From positions 768,001 through 832,000 of the forward strand of contig JAXGYC010000007.1 of the NCBI GenBank assembly GCA_040772485.1: a DNA stretch of 64,000 bases, given 5' to 3'. Below, piece after piece: positions 27,520 through 35,640 of this stretch. Position numbers and translations under genes: made by a program. The stretch comes from Sedimentisphaerales bacterium. GTDB taxonomy: Bacteria; Planctomycetota; Phycisphaerae; Sedimentisphaerales; Anaerobacaceae. The notes below the pieces were generated by a model. That model was not told where the DNA came from and did no database searches. It was given only the letters and a program-made list of their open reading frames with translations. Positions within the stretch are counted from its first letter, which is position 1. The number at the start of each line of letters is the position of its first letter.

Positions 27520-29424
27520 ATGCGTAGACTCACGCCAGTACTGCTTGCCATCCTCGTCGCCTGTTCATATGCCACTGCCCGGGAGACAGCAACCGTTCGG
27601 CTCAGTCCGTCCGTGCGCCTGCTGCCCGGGCCAGTCAACGGCGTTTGCATCGAACGCGATGGACACATACTCGTCGTCTATGGCGACCCGTCCGGGACGC
27701 TTCAACAGGCGGATGTGGTCCTGTTCACGCACAGCCGGCGCGACGTGGTCTGGGCAGGACAAAGCCTCGTTGAACGCGGCGCCAGGGCCATCGTGTCTGC
27801 CGCCGAAGCAGCGGCGTTCGCGGAGCCGCAGGAGTTCTGGAACACCTTCGTACGCGCGCGATTCCACGACTACCATCAGCAGACGACCAAAGTCCCCGTG
27901 GTCCCGCTGCGAGTCGACCGCTCCGCAGCGGATGGGGACACAATCGAATGGCAGGACCTCTCCGTGCGAGTGATGGGCACGCCGGGCTATGCGCGGGGCG
28001 CCGTCAGCTATCTGCTGGAGGTCGATGGTCTCAAGTATGCCTTCGTCGGCGACCTGATCTATGGCGATGGGCATCTCCTGGACCTCTATAGCCTCCAGGA
28101 CGAAGTCCCGGACCTGCGGATCGGCGGCTACCACGGATACGCCGCCCGCATGATCCAACTGATCGCGAGTCTGCGTGCAGTTGCCTCCGAGAAGCCGGAT
28201 ATCCTCGTTCCGGCTCGTGGCCCGGTCGTTCGAGATGCCCAGGCTGCCATCACACATCTGATCGACCGGCTCCAGGCGGTCTATCGCAACTACCTGGCCA
28301 TCAGCGCCGGACGTTACTATTTCAGCCGCAGCTATGACGCTCTGGCCGAGCGCGTTCTCGGCACGCCGCATGGTGTTCCATGGATGCGTCTGGCGACCAT
28401 CGATGAGGACCCTCCGGGTTGGATGCGGTGCATCGGAAACTCCCGACTTCTGCTCTCGCAGAGCGGCGCCGGCTGGCTGATCGACTGCGGCTCGCAGGCC
28501 ATCATCGATGAGATCGCCAAGCTGCGTGACGCCGGCCTGCTGACATCCCTGGAAGGTGTGTTCATCACCCACTACCACGACGACCACACCGAGAAGGTCA
28601 ACGCCCTCCTGAAGACCTTCCCCTGTCCAGTGTTCGTCACGCCGCTGATGGCCGACGTCGCGCGTCGACCCCCGGCGTATCGACTGCCCTGCCTGACGAC
28701 CGAGTCGATCACGGACGTGACGGTAGTCCCCGACCGGCACACGAGACGTTGGCGCGAGTTTCAATTGACCTTCTACGACTATCCTGGGCAGACCCTCTAC
28801 CACAGCGCCCTGCTCGTCGAGCACGACAACGGTGAAAGGCTCTTCTTTCTCGGTGATTCCTTCACGCCATCCGGAATCGACGACTACTGCCTCCTGAACC
28901 GCAACCTCATGCACGAAGGCGAGGGCTACCTGCACTGCCTGGACATCCTGGCCACCCTTCCCGACAACTGCATGCTCGTCAACGAGCACGTTTCGCCGGT
29001 CTTTCAGTTCGACGCGCCCCAACTGACGCTGATGCGCAAGACGCTCGCCGAACGCAAAGCCCTCCTGGCAGAGCTGTTCCCCTGGGACGAAGCCAACTAC
29101 GGCATCGACGAGCAGTGGGCTCGGATCTACCCCTACGGACAGACAGCTCGCCCCGGCCAGACGGTGGAGGTCGAGGTGCGGATACGGAACCACTCGGACC
29201 GGTCGCACGAGTATACCGTGACGCCTCATGGGCCCGAGGGCTCGCGTGTTGAACCCCCATCAGCACGCCTGACTGTCGAACCTCGGACGGAGGGCGCGAT
29301 CACCATACGAATCGGCGTTCCCGCCTCGGCGATCCCATCGGCCTGCGTCATCACCGCCGACGTCGCCTTCGACGGCTGGAACCTTTGCCGCTGGTGCGAG
29401 GCTCTCATCGAAATCCGCCCATAG
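27520..29424 (+). CDS. Secreted tandem metallo-beta-lactamase-fold hydrolase with C-terminal Ig-like domain
   Basis: Signal peptide; FTHSRRD..TPGY..FVGD (domain 1); LIDCG, ITHYHDDH..PGQT..FLGD (domain 2). Confidence 0.82.
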   Translation: MRRLTPVLLAILVACSYATARETATVRLSPSVRLLPGPVNGVCIERDGHILVVYGDPSGTLQQADVVLFTHSRRDVVWAGQSLVERGARAIVSAAEAAAFAEPQEFWNTFVRARFHDYHQQTTKVPVVPLRVDRSAADGDTIEWQDLSVRVMGTPGYARGAVSYLLEVDGLKYAFVGDLIYGDGHLLDLYSLQDEVPDLRIGGYHGYAARMIQLIASLRAVASEKPDILVPARGPVVRDAQAAITHLIDRLQAVYRNYLAISAGRYYFSRSYDALAERVLGTPHGVPWMRLATIDEDPPGWMRCIGNSRLLLSQSGAGWLIDCGSQAIIDEIAKLRDAGLLTSLEGVFITHYHDDHTEKVNALLKTFPCPVFVTPLMADVARRPPAYRLPCLTTESITDVTVVPDRHTRRWREFQLTFYDYPGQTLYHSALLVEHDNGERLFFLGDSFTPSGIDDYCLLNRNLMHEGEGYLHCLDILATLPDNCMLVNEHVSPVFQFDAPQLTLMRKTLAERKALLAELFPWDEANYGIDEQWARIYPYGQTARPGQTVEVEVRIRNHSDRSHEYTVTPHGPEGSRVEPPSARLTVEPRTEGAITIRIGVPASAIPSACVITADVAFDGWNLCRWCEALIEIRP

Positions 29425-29530
29425 CAGCGCCGGCACAACCGGCGCAAAACCGCCGATTCGACGTTCTTTGCCTCTTCCACGCCCCTATCCATCCGGGCCA
29501 GGCTTGGCGGCTGCCGCCACGGAATACGGC

Positions 29531-29559
29531 TTGACATTCCACGACGAGAATCATATACT
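29531..29559 (+). promoter_or_regulatory. Near-consensus sigma70 promoter
   Basis: TTGACA-17 bp-TATACT, about 160 bp upstream of the DUF11 adhesin gene. Confidence 0.75.
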
Positions 29560-29718
29560 GGATACCCGCAGAGAAGGGAGGTTTCTGCGGCATTCTTCCG
29601 CACGCGCGGGTAGAGTGCTTCCTTTCCTTAGTTTTCCCAGGGATGTGGTAGCGATAGAAGAAGCTCGCGGGCTCCCCCGCGACGGCATTCCTGTCGCCCG
29701 ATGCATAAGGAGTGGGGT

Positions 29719-32700
29719 ATGCGAAGCGAAAGAAGAAAAGCCACCGTCCGTCGATACAGCGTCTTCCTGGGGTATCTGTTCCTGGTGATGGCCGCCGCGG
29801 GCCCAACGATGGTGCAGGCCCGCTCCGCCTATGTGATCGCAGAGATCACGAACTCCGCCGAACCGCTTCCCGTGCTGGCCTACGATATCGGTCTGGACGG
29901 TTCGCTGACGTTTCAGGCCCGGCAGACGATTCCTTTCCGAGCCGGCGGCGCCGTCGGCATGGCCATCGACTGGGAATCGGGGTACATCTTCGTGACCTAC
30001 GAGTTCTCCGACACCCTGGAGATCCTGGACGCACGAACCATGGTCGACGTGGGCAATGCCTCTGCTCCGGGCGCCGAGAATCTCGCAGGGATCGTCTACG
30101 ATGAGACGAAGGACCTCCTGTACACGGTCGACCGAGGCACCGACAAGCTGTATGTCTATACGTGGGACGCCGGTACGGGAAAACTCCACTTGTCTCCGGG
30201 CGCGCCGTTCACGCTGGAAGGCTCCACGGCATATGGCATCGACCTGGATGAGGCACGAGGTTTGCTCTACACGGCCAGCGGCAACCGGACGATTCGCGTC
30301 TACGAGACCTCCACCTGGTCCACCGTTCGATCGATCGAGCTCGATCGATCGGCGATCAGCGTCGCCCTGGACTTCTACAACGAGCTGATCTACACGGGCG
30401 CGGGATACTTCGGCGACACCTCGCTGAACCAGTACGACATGGTCACGGGCAAGAGCAAAGCGGTGCCGGTGGATGAGAAGGCCGGCGTCATGGGGATTGC
30501 TGTCGATCCGGTCAGCAATCTGGTCTATGTGACCACGGGCCTGAGCAACCTGTCCGGTGGCGACGATCTGCTTTGTTATGACTCGAACCTCGTCCTGGTC
30601 TCGTCGATCCTCGACATCGGCAATCCGACGGACATCGTGATCCCCGCAAGGGACATCGGCTACAACCCGCTCGGCTTTGCCAAGAGCATCGCCACGGACA
30701 TCGAGCCGGAGGAGGGCGAGGAGATCTATGTCAACCTGGGCGAGACCATCACGTACCAGCTCACGTTCGCGAATCTGAGCCTCATACGGGAAGTCTCCAT
30801 CGTGGACACGCTTCCGAGCGAAGTGACCTTTGTGGACGCCGACAGCGATGGTGTCACGGGACACTACGACGCCGCGACGCACACCTGCTCGTGGTTCCTG
30901 CCGTCCGTGGAGGCCGGGTCCCAGACCTGCCTGGAACTGCGGGCGAGCGTCAATCCGCAGGTTCCCGTCGGCACCCGTATCCGCAACCGCGCCACGATAC
31001 GAACGCGGGTCATTCCGCCGACCTCCGTGAGCGTCGACGCGCTGGTTCGCGGCAGCGAGTGGAAACCCCTGATACTGAGCAAGGTCGTGGCCGGAGGTGT
31101 TCAGCGTCAAGACGGCATTGCCTATGCCAACGCGGGCGAAACCGTTTCCTACACCCTCTCCTTTTCGAACGAGACCAACGACTATCCTGTGACCAAGGTC
31201 TCGGTCGTCGATGCGCTGCCGCGGGAAGTGACGTTCGTGGGTGCCGAAAGCACCTCGGGCACCGCCTCGTATGATCCGGTGAATCACACCTACACCTGCT
31301 CCTATGCCTCTCTGGCGCCCGGGGCAACGGGGTACATCACTCTCACGGCGCAGATTCACGAGGACGTGCCGGCCGGAACGATCCTCACCAACACGGCGGT
31401 CCTCACCACCGAGGAGACCGAACCGACCACCGCCACCGCCGACATCACCATCCGGCAGAGCGAGTTGCTGCCGCTGGTCCTGACCAAAACCATCACCGCC
31501 GGTGGAACCGAGCCGAAAGAAGACGGTGTACGATACGTCGAGGTCGGGGAGCATATCACGTTCCGCATCTGCTGCGAGAATCGCGACAACGCTGTGCCGG
31601 TGGAAGACATCACCCTCGTCGACTTCCTCCCGGCCCAATTGCTGTTTCTCAGCGCCGAAGGAGACGGGCAGTTCGGCCGCTACGATGCACAGAGCCACAC
31701 GTATGTCTGGTCCATCGCTTCCCTGGCGGCCGGCGAGAGCTTCTGCCTGGAGATCGTAACACAAGTCAAGGCAGGCACCCCGGCCGGAACCACGATCGTC
31801 AATCGGGCGACCGTAGACAACGATCAGATCGAGGCGACCACGGACAAGATCGAAGTGACGGTCAGACCCGTTGATCGGGTCCTCAACGTCACCAAGCGGA
31901 TCAGCGCCGGAGCGACCACCGACGACGGCAAGACCCAGTATGTAGGGATCGGAACCGAGATCACCTATGAAATCGGCTTCGACAGCAACGGCAGCAGCCA
32001 CCGCGTAGAGGGTCTGTCCCTCGTGGATGTTCTGCCACCGGAAGTCACGTTCGTCTCGGCCGACGGCGACGGCGTCTACGGCGCCTATGACCGGGACAAA
32101 CACATCTACACGTGGTCCTATCCTTCCCTGTTGCCCGATTCTGCTGCGCGCGTGACGATCACGGTGAACGTCCGCGAGGAGACCACACCGGGTACAGTCG
32201 TCGAGAACTCAGTGACGATCGACAGCAACGACGCCGATCCTCAGACCGCCCGCGTAACGGCTGTGGCCGTCCAGGCAAAGCCCAAGCCGCTGGAACTGAC
32301 CAAGACCGTCACCGGCGGCGTCCAGGGGATGGACGATCAAGGGACGATGTACGTCGCGGCCGGCCAGGAGATCACCTATAAGGTCTGCGTACGCAACGAC
32401 AATCGTCAATCGGCCAGCAGCGTGGTGGTCGTGGACACCCTTCCGCCCGAGGTGACGTTCGTAGCCGCCGGCGGCGACGGCGACTTCGGATCGTACGACC
32501 GCGCCAACCACACCTATACGTGGCGCTATGACGTGCTGGGGCCGGGAGAGACGATCTGCGTGGACCTGGTCGTCCGCGTCAATGACGACGCACGTCCCGG
32601 ATCGACGATCACCAACCACGTCCGCGCCGAGTGCAACGAGGTCGCGCCCGCCGATATCGACACGGAGGTCGTCGCGGAGCTGGAACCGCCCCTCGTGAGC

Positions 32701-33423
32701 AAGACGGTGGTGGCGTCTGCGGACGGCAAGACCGCCGCGGGCTGCGTCCATCCCGGCGGCGAAGTCACCTACGAAATCTGCATCGAGAACACGCAGAACG
32801 TTGTCCTTACCGGCGTGCTCGTGGTCGACCATCTTCCCGACGGCGTAACATTCATCCGGGCCGAAGGCGACGATGGGGCCGGATACTACGACCCGCCGTC
32901 TCACACGTTCACCTGGGCGTACCCGGTGCTGCGGCCCGGGGCGGTGCAGTGCGTGAGGTTGACGGTCCGGCTGAACTACGACCTCACACCCGGCCAGATC
33001 GTGGTCAACTCCGTGAGTCTCGACGCCGCTCAGACGCCGGCTGTGGATGCCAGCGTGGAAGTCTGCGTGGGTGACGCACCATTGGCCGTGGCGTTGACGT
33101 TCAGCCCGCTGATCCTCGGCCGCACCGGCTACAACCCCTCGGACCAGCTCACCGCCCTGCTCGAGTTCCCGGCCGAGATCAAGGAAAGCGACATCAGTCT
33201 GGCAACCCTGTCGCTCGATCCCGGCGGCGTCGCCGCCAGCTCGCGATCCGTGACGGTGGTCAAAGGAAAAGTGCAGGTGCGCGCCACATTCGATCTGATC
33301 GAGGTCCTCGATGCCATCCCGGGCAACGGAATCACGACCTTGTACGTAGGCGGCAAGTTGCAGTCCGGACTCCCGTTCGTCGGACAAGGGACGGTGCTCG
33401 TGGTTGCCGAGAGGCCATTCTGA
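29719..33423 (+). CDS. Secreted adhesin-like protein: YVTN-like beta-propeller plus six DUF11/isopeptide-type repeats
   Basis: TAAGGAG RBS; signal peptide; G[MI]A[IV]D..[LI]YVT blades; six roughly 135-aa repeats K..GE.ITY..VD.LP.EVTFV..YD...HTYTW..G..I.N. Confidence 0.85.
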   Translation: MRSERRKATVRRYSVFLGYLFLVMAAAGPTMVQARSAYVIAEITNSAEPLPVLAYDIGLDGSLTFQARQTIPFRAGGAVGMAIDWESGYIFVTYEFSDTLEILDARTMVDVGNASAPGAENLAGIVYDETKDLLYTVDRGTDKLYVYTWDAGTGKLHLSPGAPFTLEGSTAYGIDLDEARGLLYTASGNRTIRVYETSTWSTVRSIELDRSAISVALDFYNELIYTGAGYFGDTSLNQYDMVTGKSKAVPVDEKAGVMGIAVDPVSNLVYVTTGLSNLSGGDDLLCYDSNLVLVSSILDIGNPTDIVIPARDIGYNPLGFAKSIATDIEPEEGEEIYVNLGETITYQLTFANLSLIREVSIVDTLPSEVTFVDADSDGVTGHYDAATHTCSWFLPSVEAGSQTCLELRASVNPQVPVGTRIRNRATIRTRVIPPTSVSVDALVRGSEWKPLILSKVVAGGVQRQDGIAYANAGETVSYTLSFSNETNDYPVTKVSVVDALPREVTFVGAESTSGTASYDPVNHTYTCSYASLAPGATGYITLTAQIHEDVPAGTILTNTAVLTTEETEPTTATADITIRQSELLPLVLTKTITAGGTEPKEDGVRYVEVGEHITFRICCENRDNAVPVEDITLVDFLPAQLLFLSAEGDGQFGRYDAQSHTYVWSIASLAAGESFCLEIVTQVKAGTPAGTTIVNRATVDNDQIEATTDKIEVTVRPVDRVLNVTKRISAGATTDDGKTQYVGIGTEITYEIGFDSNGSSHRVEGLSLVDVLPPEVTFVSADGDGVYGAYDRDKHIYTWSYPSLLPDSAARVTITVNVREETTPGTVVENSVTIDSNDADPQTARVTAVAVQAKPKPLELTKTVTGGVQGMDDQGTMYVAAGQEITYKVCVRNDNRQSASSVVVVDTLPPEVTFVAAGGDGDFGSYDRANHTYTWRYDVLGPGETICVDLVVRVNDDARPGSTITNHVRAECNEVAPADIDTEVVAELEPPLVSKTVVASADGKTAAGCVHPGGEVTYEICIENTQNVVLTGVLVVDHLPDGVTFIRAEGDDGAGYYDPPSHTFTWAYPVLRPGAVQCVRLTVRLNYDLTPGQIVVNSVSLDAAQTPAVDASVEVCVGDAPLAVALTFSPLILGRTGYNPSDQLTALLEFPAEIKESDISLATLSLDPGGVAASSRSVTVVKGKVQVRATFDLIEVLDAIPGNGITTLYVGGKLQSGLPFVGQGTVLVVAERPF

Positions 33424-33502
33424 AGTTTGAAGTTTCAAGTTTGAAGTGCGGCGAAGCATCACTCTTCAAACTTCACACTTAGAACTTCACACTCGAAACT
33501 GA
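33421..33502. repeat. Inverted heptamer tandem repeat (TGAAGTT)n/(AACTTCA)n
   Basis: Four forward and about five reverse 7-mers; 24 nt identical to 40221-40244. Confidence 0.8.
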
Positions 33503-33516
33503 ATAAGGAGCTTTGA

Positions 33517-34395
33517 ATGAGACCGAGAACGACATTCGTTAGCCTCTGCATCGGCCTGGCCGTCGGTGTTTCGTCGGCCCTAGCGGGCGCCCCGATGGGA
33601 CCGACGCTGCCTGTCATGCAGAAGGGACAATGGGCCTTCGGAATCGAGTATGCGTACGAGAAGATCGATGCCGAAGCCGACGGAAGCTGCACGGAAAGCA
33701 TCGTCGGCGGACTGTCCGAGAAATACCACCAGGAATTCATGATCGACGGCATGAAGGCCAATATGCTGTTCGGGCGCATTGAATACGCCCTGTGTCGGGA
33801 CTGGGACGTGTTCGTCCGCCTGGGCGCCTCCGATGCCGATGCAGACATCAAGGCGTCCGGCCCCGGCGTCGTCCTTGGAGGCCAGGGCGGCAAAGTGGGC
33901 TTCGACGGCAGCTTCGGCTTCGGCGCCGGCGTGGGCACCCGCGCAACACTCTACCGATGCGGACCCTGGCGTGTCGACGGCCTGGCCCAGGTGACGTGGC
34001 TGGACCCGGACGACAGCGATTTCCGGATCACCAATCCCGAAGACCCGAGCGAAATCGCCGCCGGCACCGCGAAGCTCGACTACCTTCAGACCCAGATCGG
34101 CCTGACCGCTGTCTATCGAGGCGACGCCTGGAGCGTCTGGGCGGGTCCCTTTCTCCAGATCATTGACGGCGACCTCGACATGAACGCGCGGTTCCTCTTC
34201 GACGGCGTCACCGAGGGTCGGATCTGTTGCTCCGGCGACGTCGAGGAAGACTCACAGTTCGGCCTGAGCCTGGGCGCCAACTGCGAGGTGAACAAGAACT
34301 TCGTCGCCTGGATCGAAGGCCAGTTCACGGGTGATTCCTGGCTGGTGGGCATCGGCGGAATGATCCGCCCCGACCAGCTCTTCGGCGAATGGTAA
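33517..34395 (+). CDS. Probable outer-membrane beta-barrel protein
   Basis: TAAGGAG RBS, signal peptide, alternating amphipathic strands rich in G and aromatics (DWDVFVRLG, GFGAGVGTRATLY, FVAWIEGQF, WLVGIGG). Confidence 0.75.
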   Translation: MRPRTTFVSLCIGLAVGVSSALAGAPMGPTLPVMQKGQWAFGIEYAYEKIDAEADGSCTESIVGGLSEKYHQEFMIDGMKANMLFGRIEYALCRDWDVFVRLGASDADADIKASGPGVVLGGQGGKVGFDGSFGFGAGVGTRATLYRCGPWRVDGLAQVTWLDPDDSDFRITNPEDPSEIAAGTAKLDYLQTQIGLTAVYRGDAWSVWAGPFLQIIDGDLDMNARFLFDGVTEGRICCSGDVEEDSQFGLSLGANCEVNKNFVAWIEGQFTGDSWLVGIGGMIRPDQLFGEW

Positions 34396-34401
34396 GAGCT
34401 C

Positions 34402-34457
34402 GTAGTGTGCCCGCGAGGGCAAAGGTGGACAAATCGCCCGCCGCGGCGGGCCACTAC
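34402..34457. terminator. Hairpin/REP-like element between convergent genes
   Basis: GTAGTGTGCCCGC ... GCGGGCCACTAC imperfect inverted repeat. Confidence 0.5.
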
Positions 34458-35356
34458 TAACGGTCGTCTTTGAACCTTTTCATCCACTCGGGCCAGTCGC
34501 CGGGCCGCACGCCACCGGCTTTCGTCCAGGGTCCGGCCGTGTCGTACTCTCGATGCCACTTCAGCGTCCATAGCTGTTTGAGCCCCACCTTGCGGACCGA
34601 CCAGTCCATGAACACCGCGTGGATTCCGCCGCGGTGCCGGTCCATGCAGACGTTGCTGCTCTCATACAAGAGCGGATCGGCATCCTCATCCGGCGGCGGC
34701 CCGTCCAGCGTCCCGCTGTAGACCGAACGACAGCAATCGAAGACGAGCGGCGCGTTTGAGGCCTCCTTCACGTCGGGCGTGGTCCAGCAGGCGGAATTGG
34801 GCCTGGCTTCGTCCGGCTGCCGGCCGAGGCCCACCCAACTGTTGACACCGTAGCTGCCCAGGAATTCCCGCTCCACCTCGCCCCAGCCCCCTTCCGGGAG
34901 GCGTTCGGCCCCCCGCATACCCCGCCAGGCCCGGAACCTGGCGCCTGTCATGCCGTCGGACGACGGCGTCCTGGCCATCGGGCACAACCAGATGTCCCGG
35001 TAGTTGCCGAACTGGGTGAGGAAGATATACCACCAGCTCTTGACCCAGACGGTGGCCGGCTCCGGCTTGGCCCAGCGGTCCACAAACGTCAGCTCGTTGA
35101 AGAACTTCCCATCGTTGGCCGTCACGTAGGTATTGAGCAGGATGCCCCATTGCCGCAGGTTGGACTGGCAGGTTATAGCCGCCGCCTGCTTGCGAGCGCG
35201 GTGCGTCATCGGCAGCAGGATCGCCAGCAGCAGCGCCAGAATCGCAATCACCACCAGCAGCTCGGTCAGCGTGAACCCCCGCCACTCGCCTTTCCATGGC
35301 TCTTTGCGTCGAGGCGAACAGTCCGCCCCCGCCCATGATGTGCGTCCAATGCTCAT
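34457..35356 (-). CDS. Prepilin-type cleavage/methylation protein, H-X9-DW variant
   Basis: RG|FTLTELLVVIAILALLLAILLP..C.SNLRQWG; GSYGVN; HRGGIHAVFMDWS; start uncertain. Confidence 0.88.
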   Translation of the reverse strand: MSIGRTSWAGADCSPRRKEPWKGEWRGFTLTELLVVIAILALLLAILLPMTHRARKQAAAITCQSNLRQWGILLNTYVTANDGKFFNELTFVDRWAKPEPATVWVKSWWYIFLTQFGNYRDIWLCPMARTPSSDGMTGARFRAWRGMRGAERLPEGGWGEVEREFLGSYGVNSWVGLGRQPDEARPNSACWTTPDVKEASNAPLVFDCCRSVYSGTLDGPPPDEDADPLLYESSNVCMDRHRGGIHAVFMDWSVRKVGLKQLWTLKWHREYDTAGPWTKAGGVRPGDWPEWMKRFKDDR

Positions 35357-35438
35357 CGCATGCGTCCGTACGAAACGCCCCGATCCTACCGGCGCCGGAC
35401 CCGACGCGTCAAGGACCCAGCGACGCCGTCGGCGCGGA

Positions 35439-35528
35439 GGGTGGCAGCCTCAAGGCGCAGTGAAACGGAGCCTTGGGGATGGTCTCCAGGAAGAAGCCAT
35501 CCCCAAGCTTCGCTTGAGGCTGCCACCC
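35439..35528. repeat. Nested long palindrome (REP-like)
   Basis: Outer 16-bp perfect IR GGGTGGCAGCCTCAAG/CTTGAGGCTGCCACCC; inner 11-bp IR CTTGGGGATGG/CCATCCCCAAG. Confidence 0.8.
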
Positions 35529-35640
35529 CTCGTTCTGGTCGCTCCTGCCGAGAGTATGGTGTTTTTTGAATGGTTTTGGCTGGGGCTGCGTCCTGTCTGG
35601 TAGAATACACGATGAGATCGCATTGGCGGGAGGCTTCGTC

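Noticed and set aside
35497..35507. CATCCCCA similarity between the palindrome and the IS4 TIR (possible MITE of this IS)
   Set aside because: Only 8 bp are shared, they are internal rather than terminal, and there is no target duplication.
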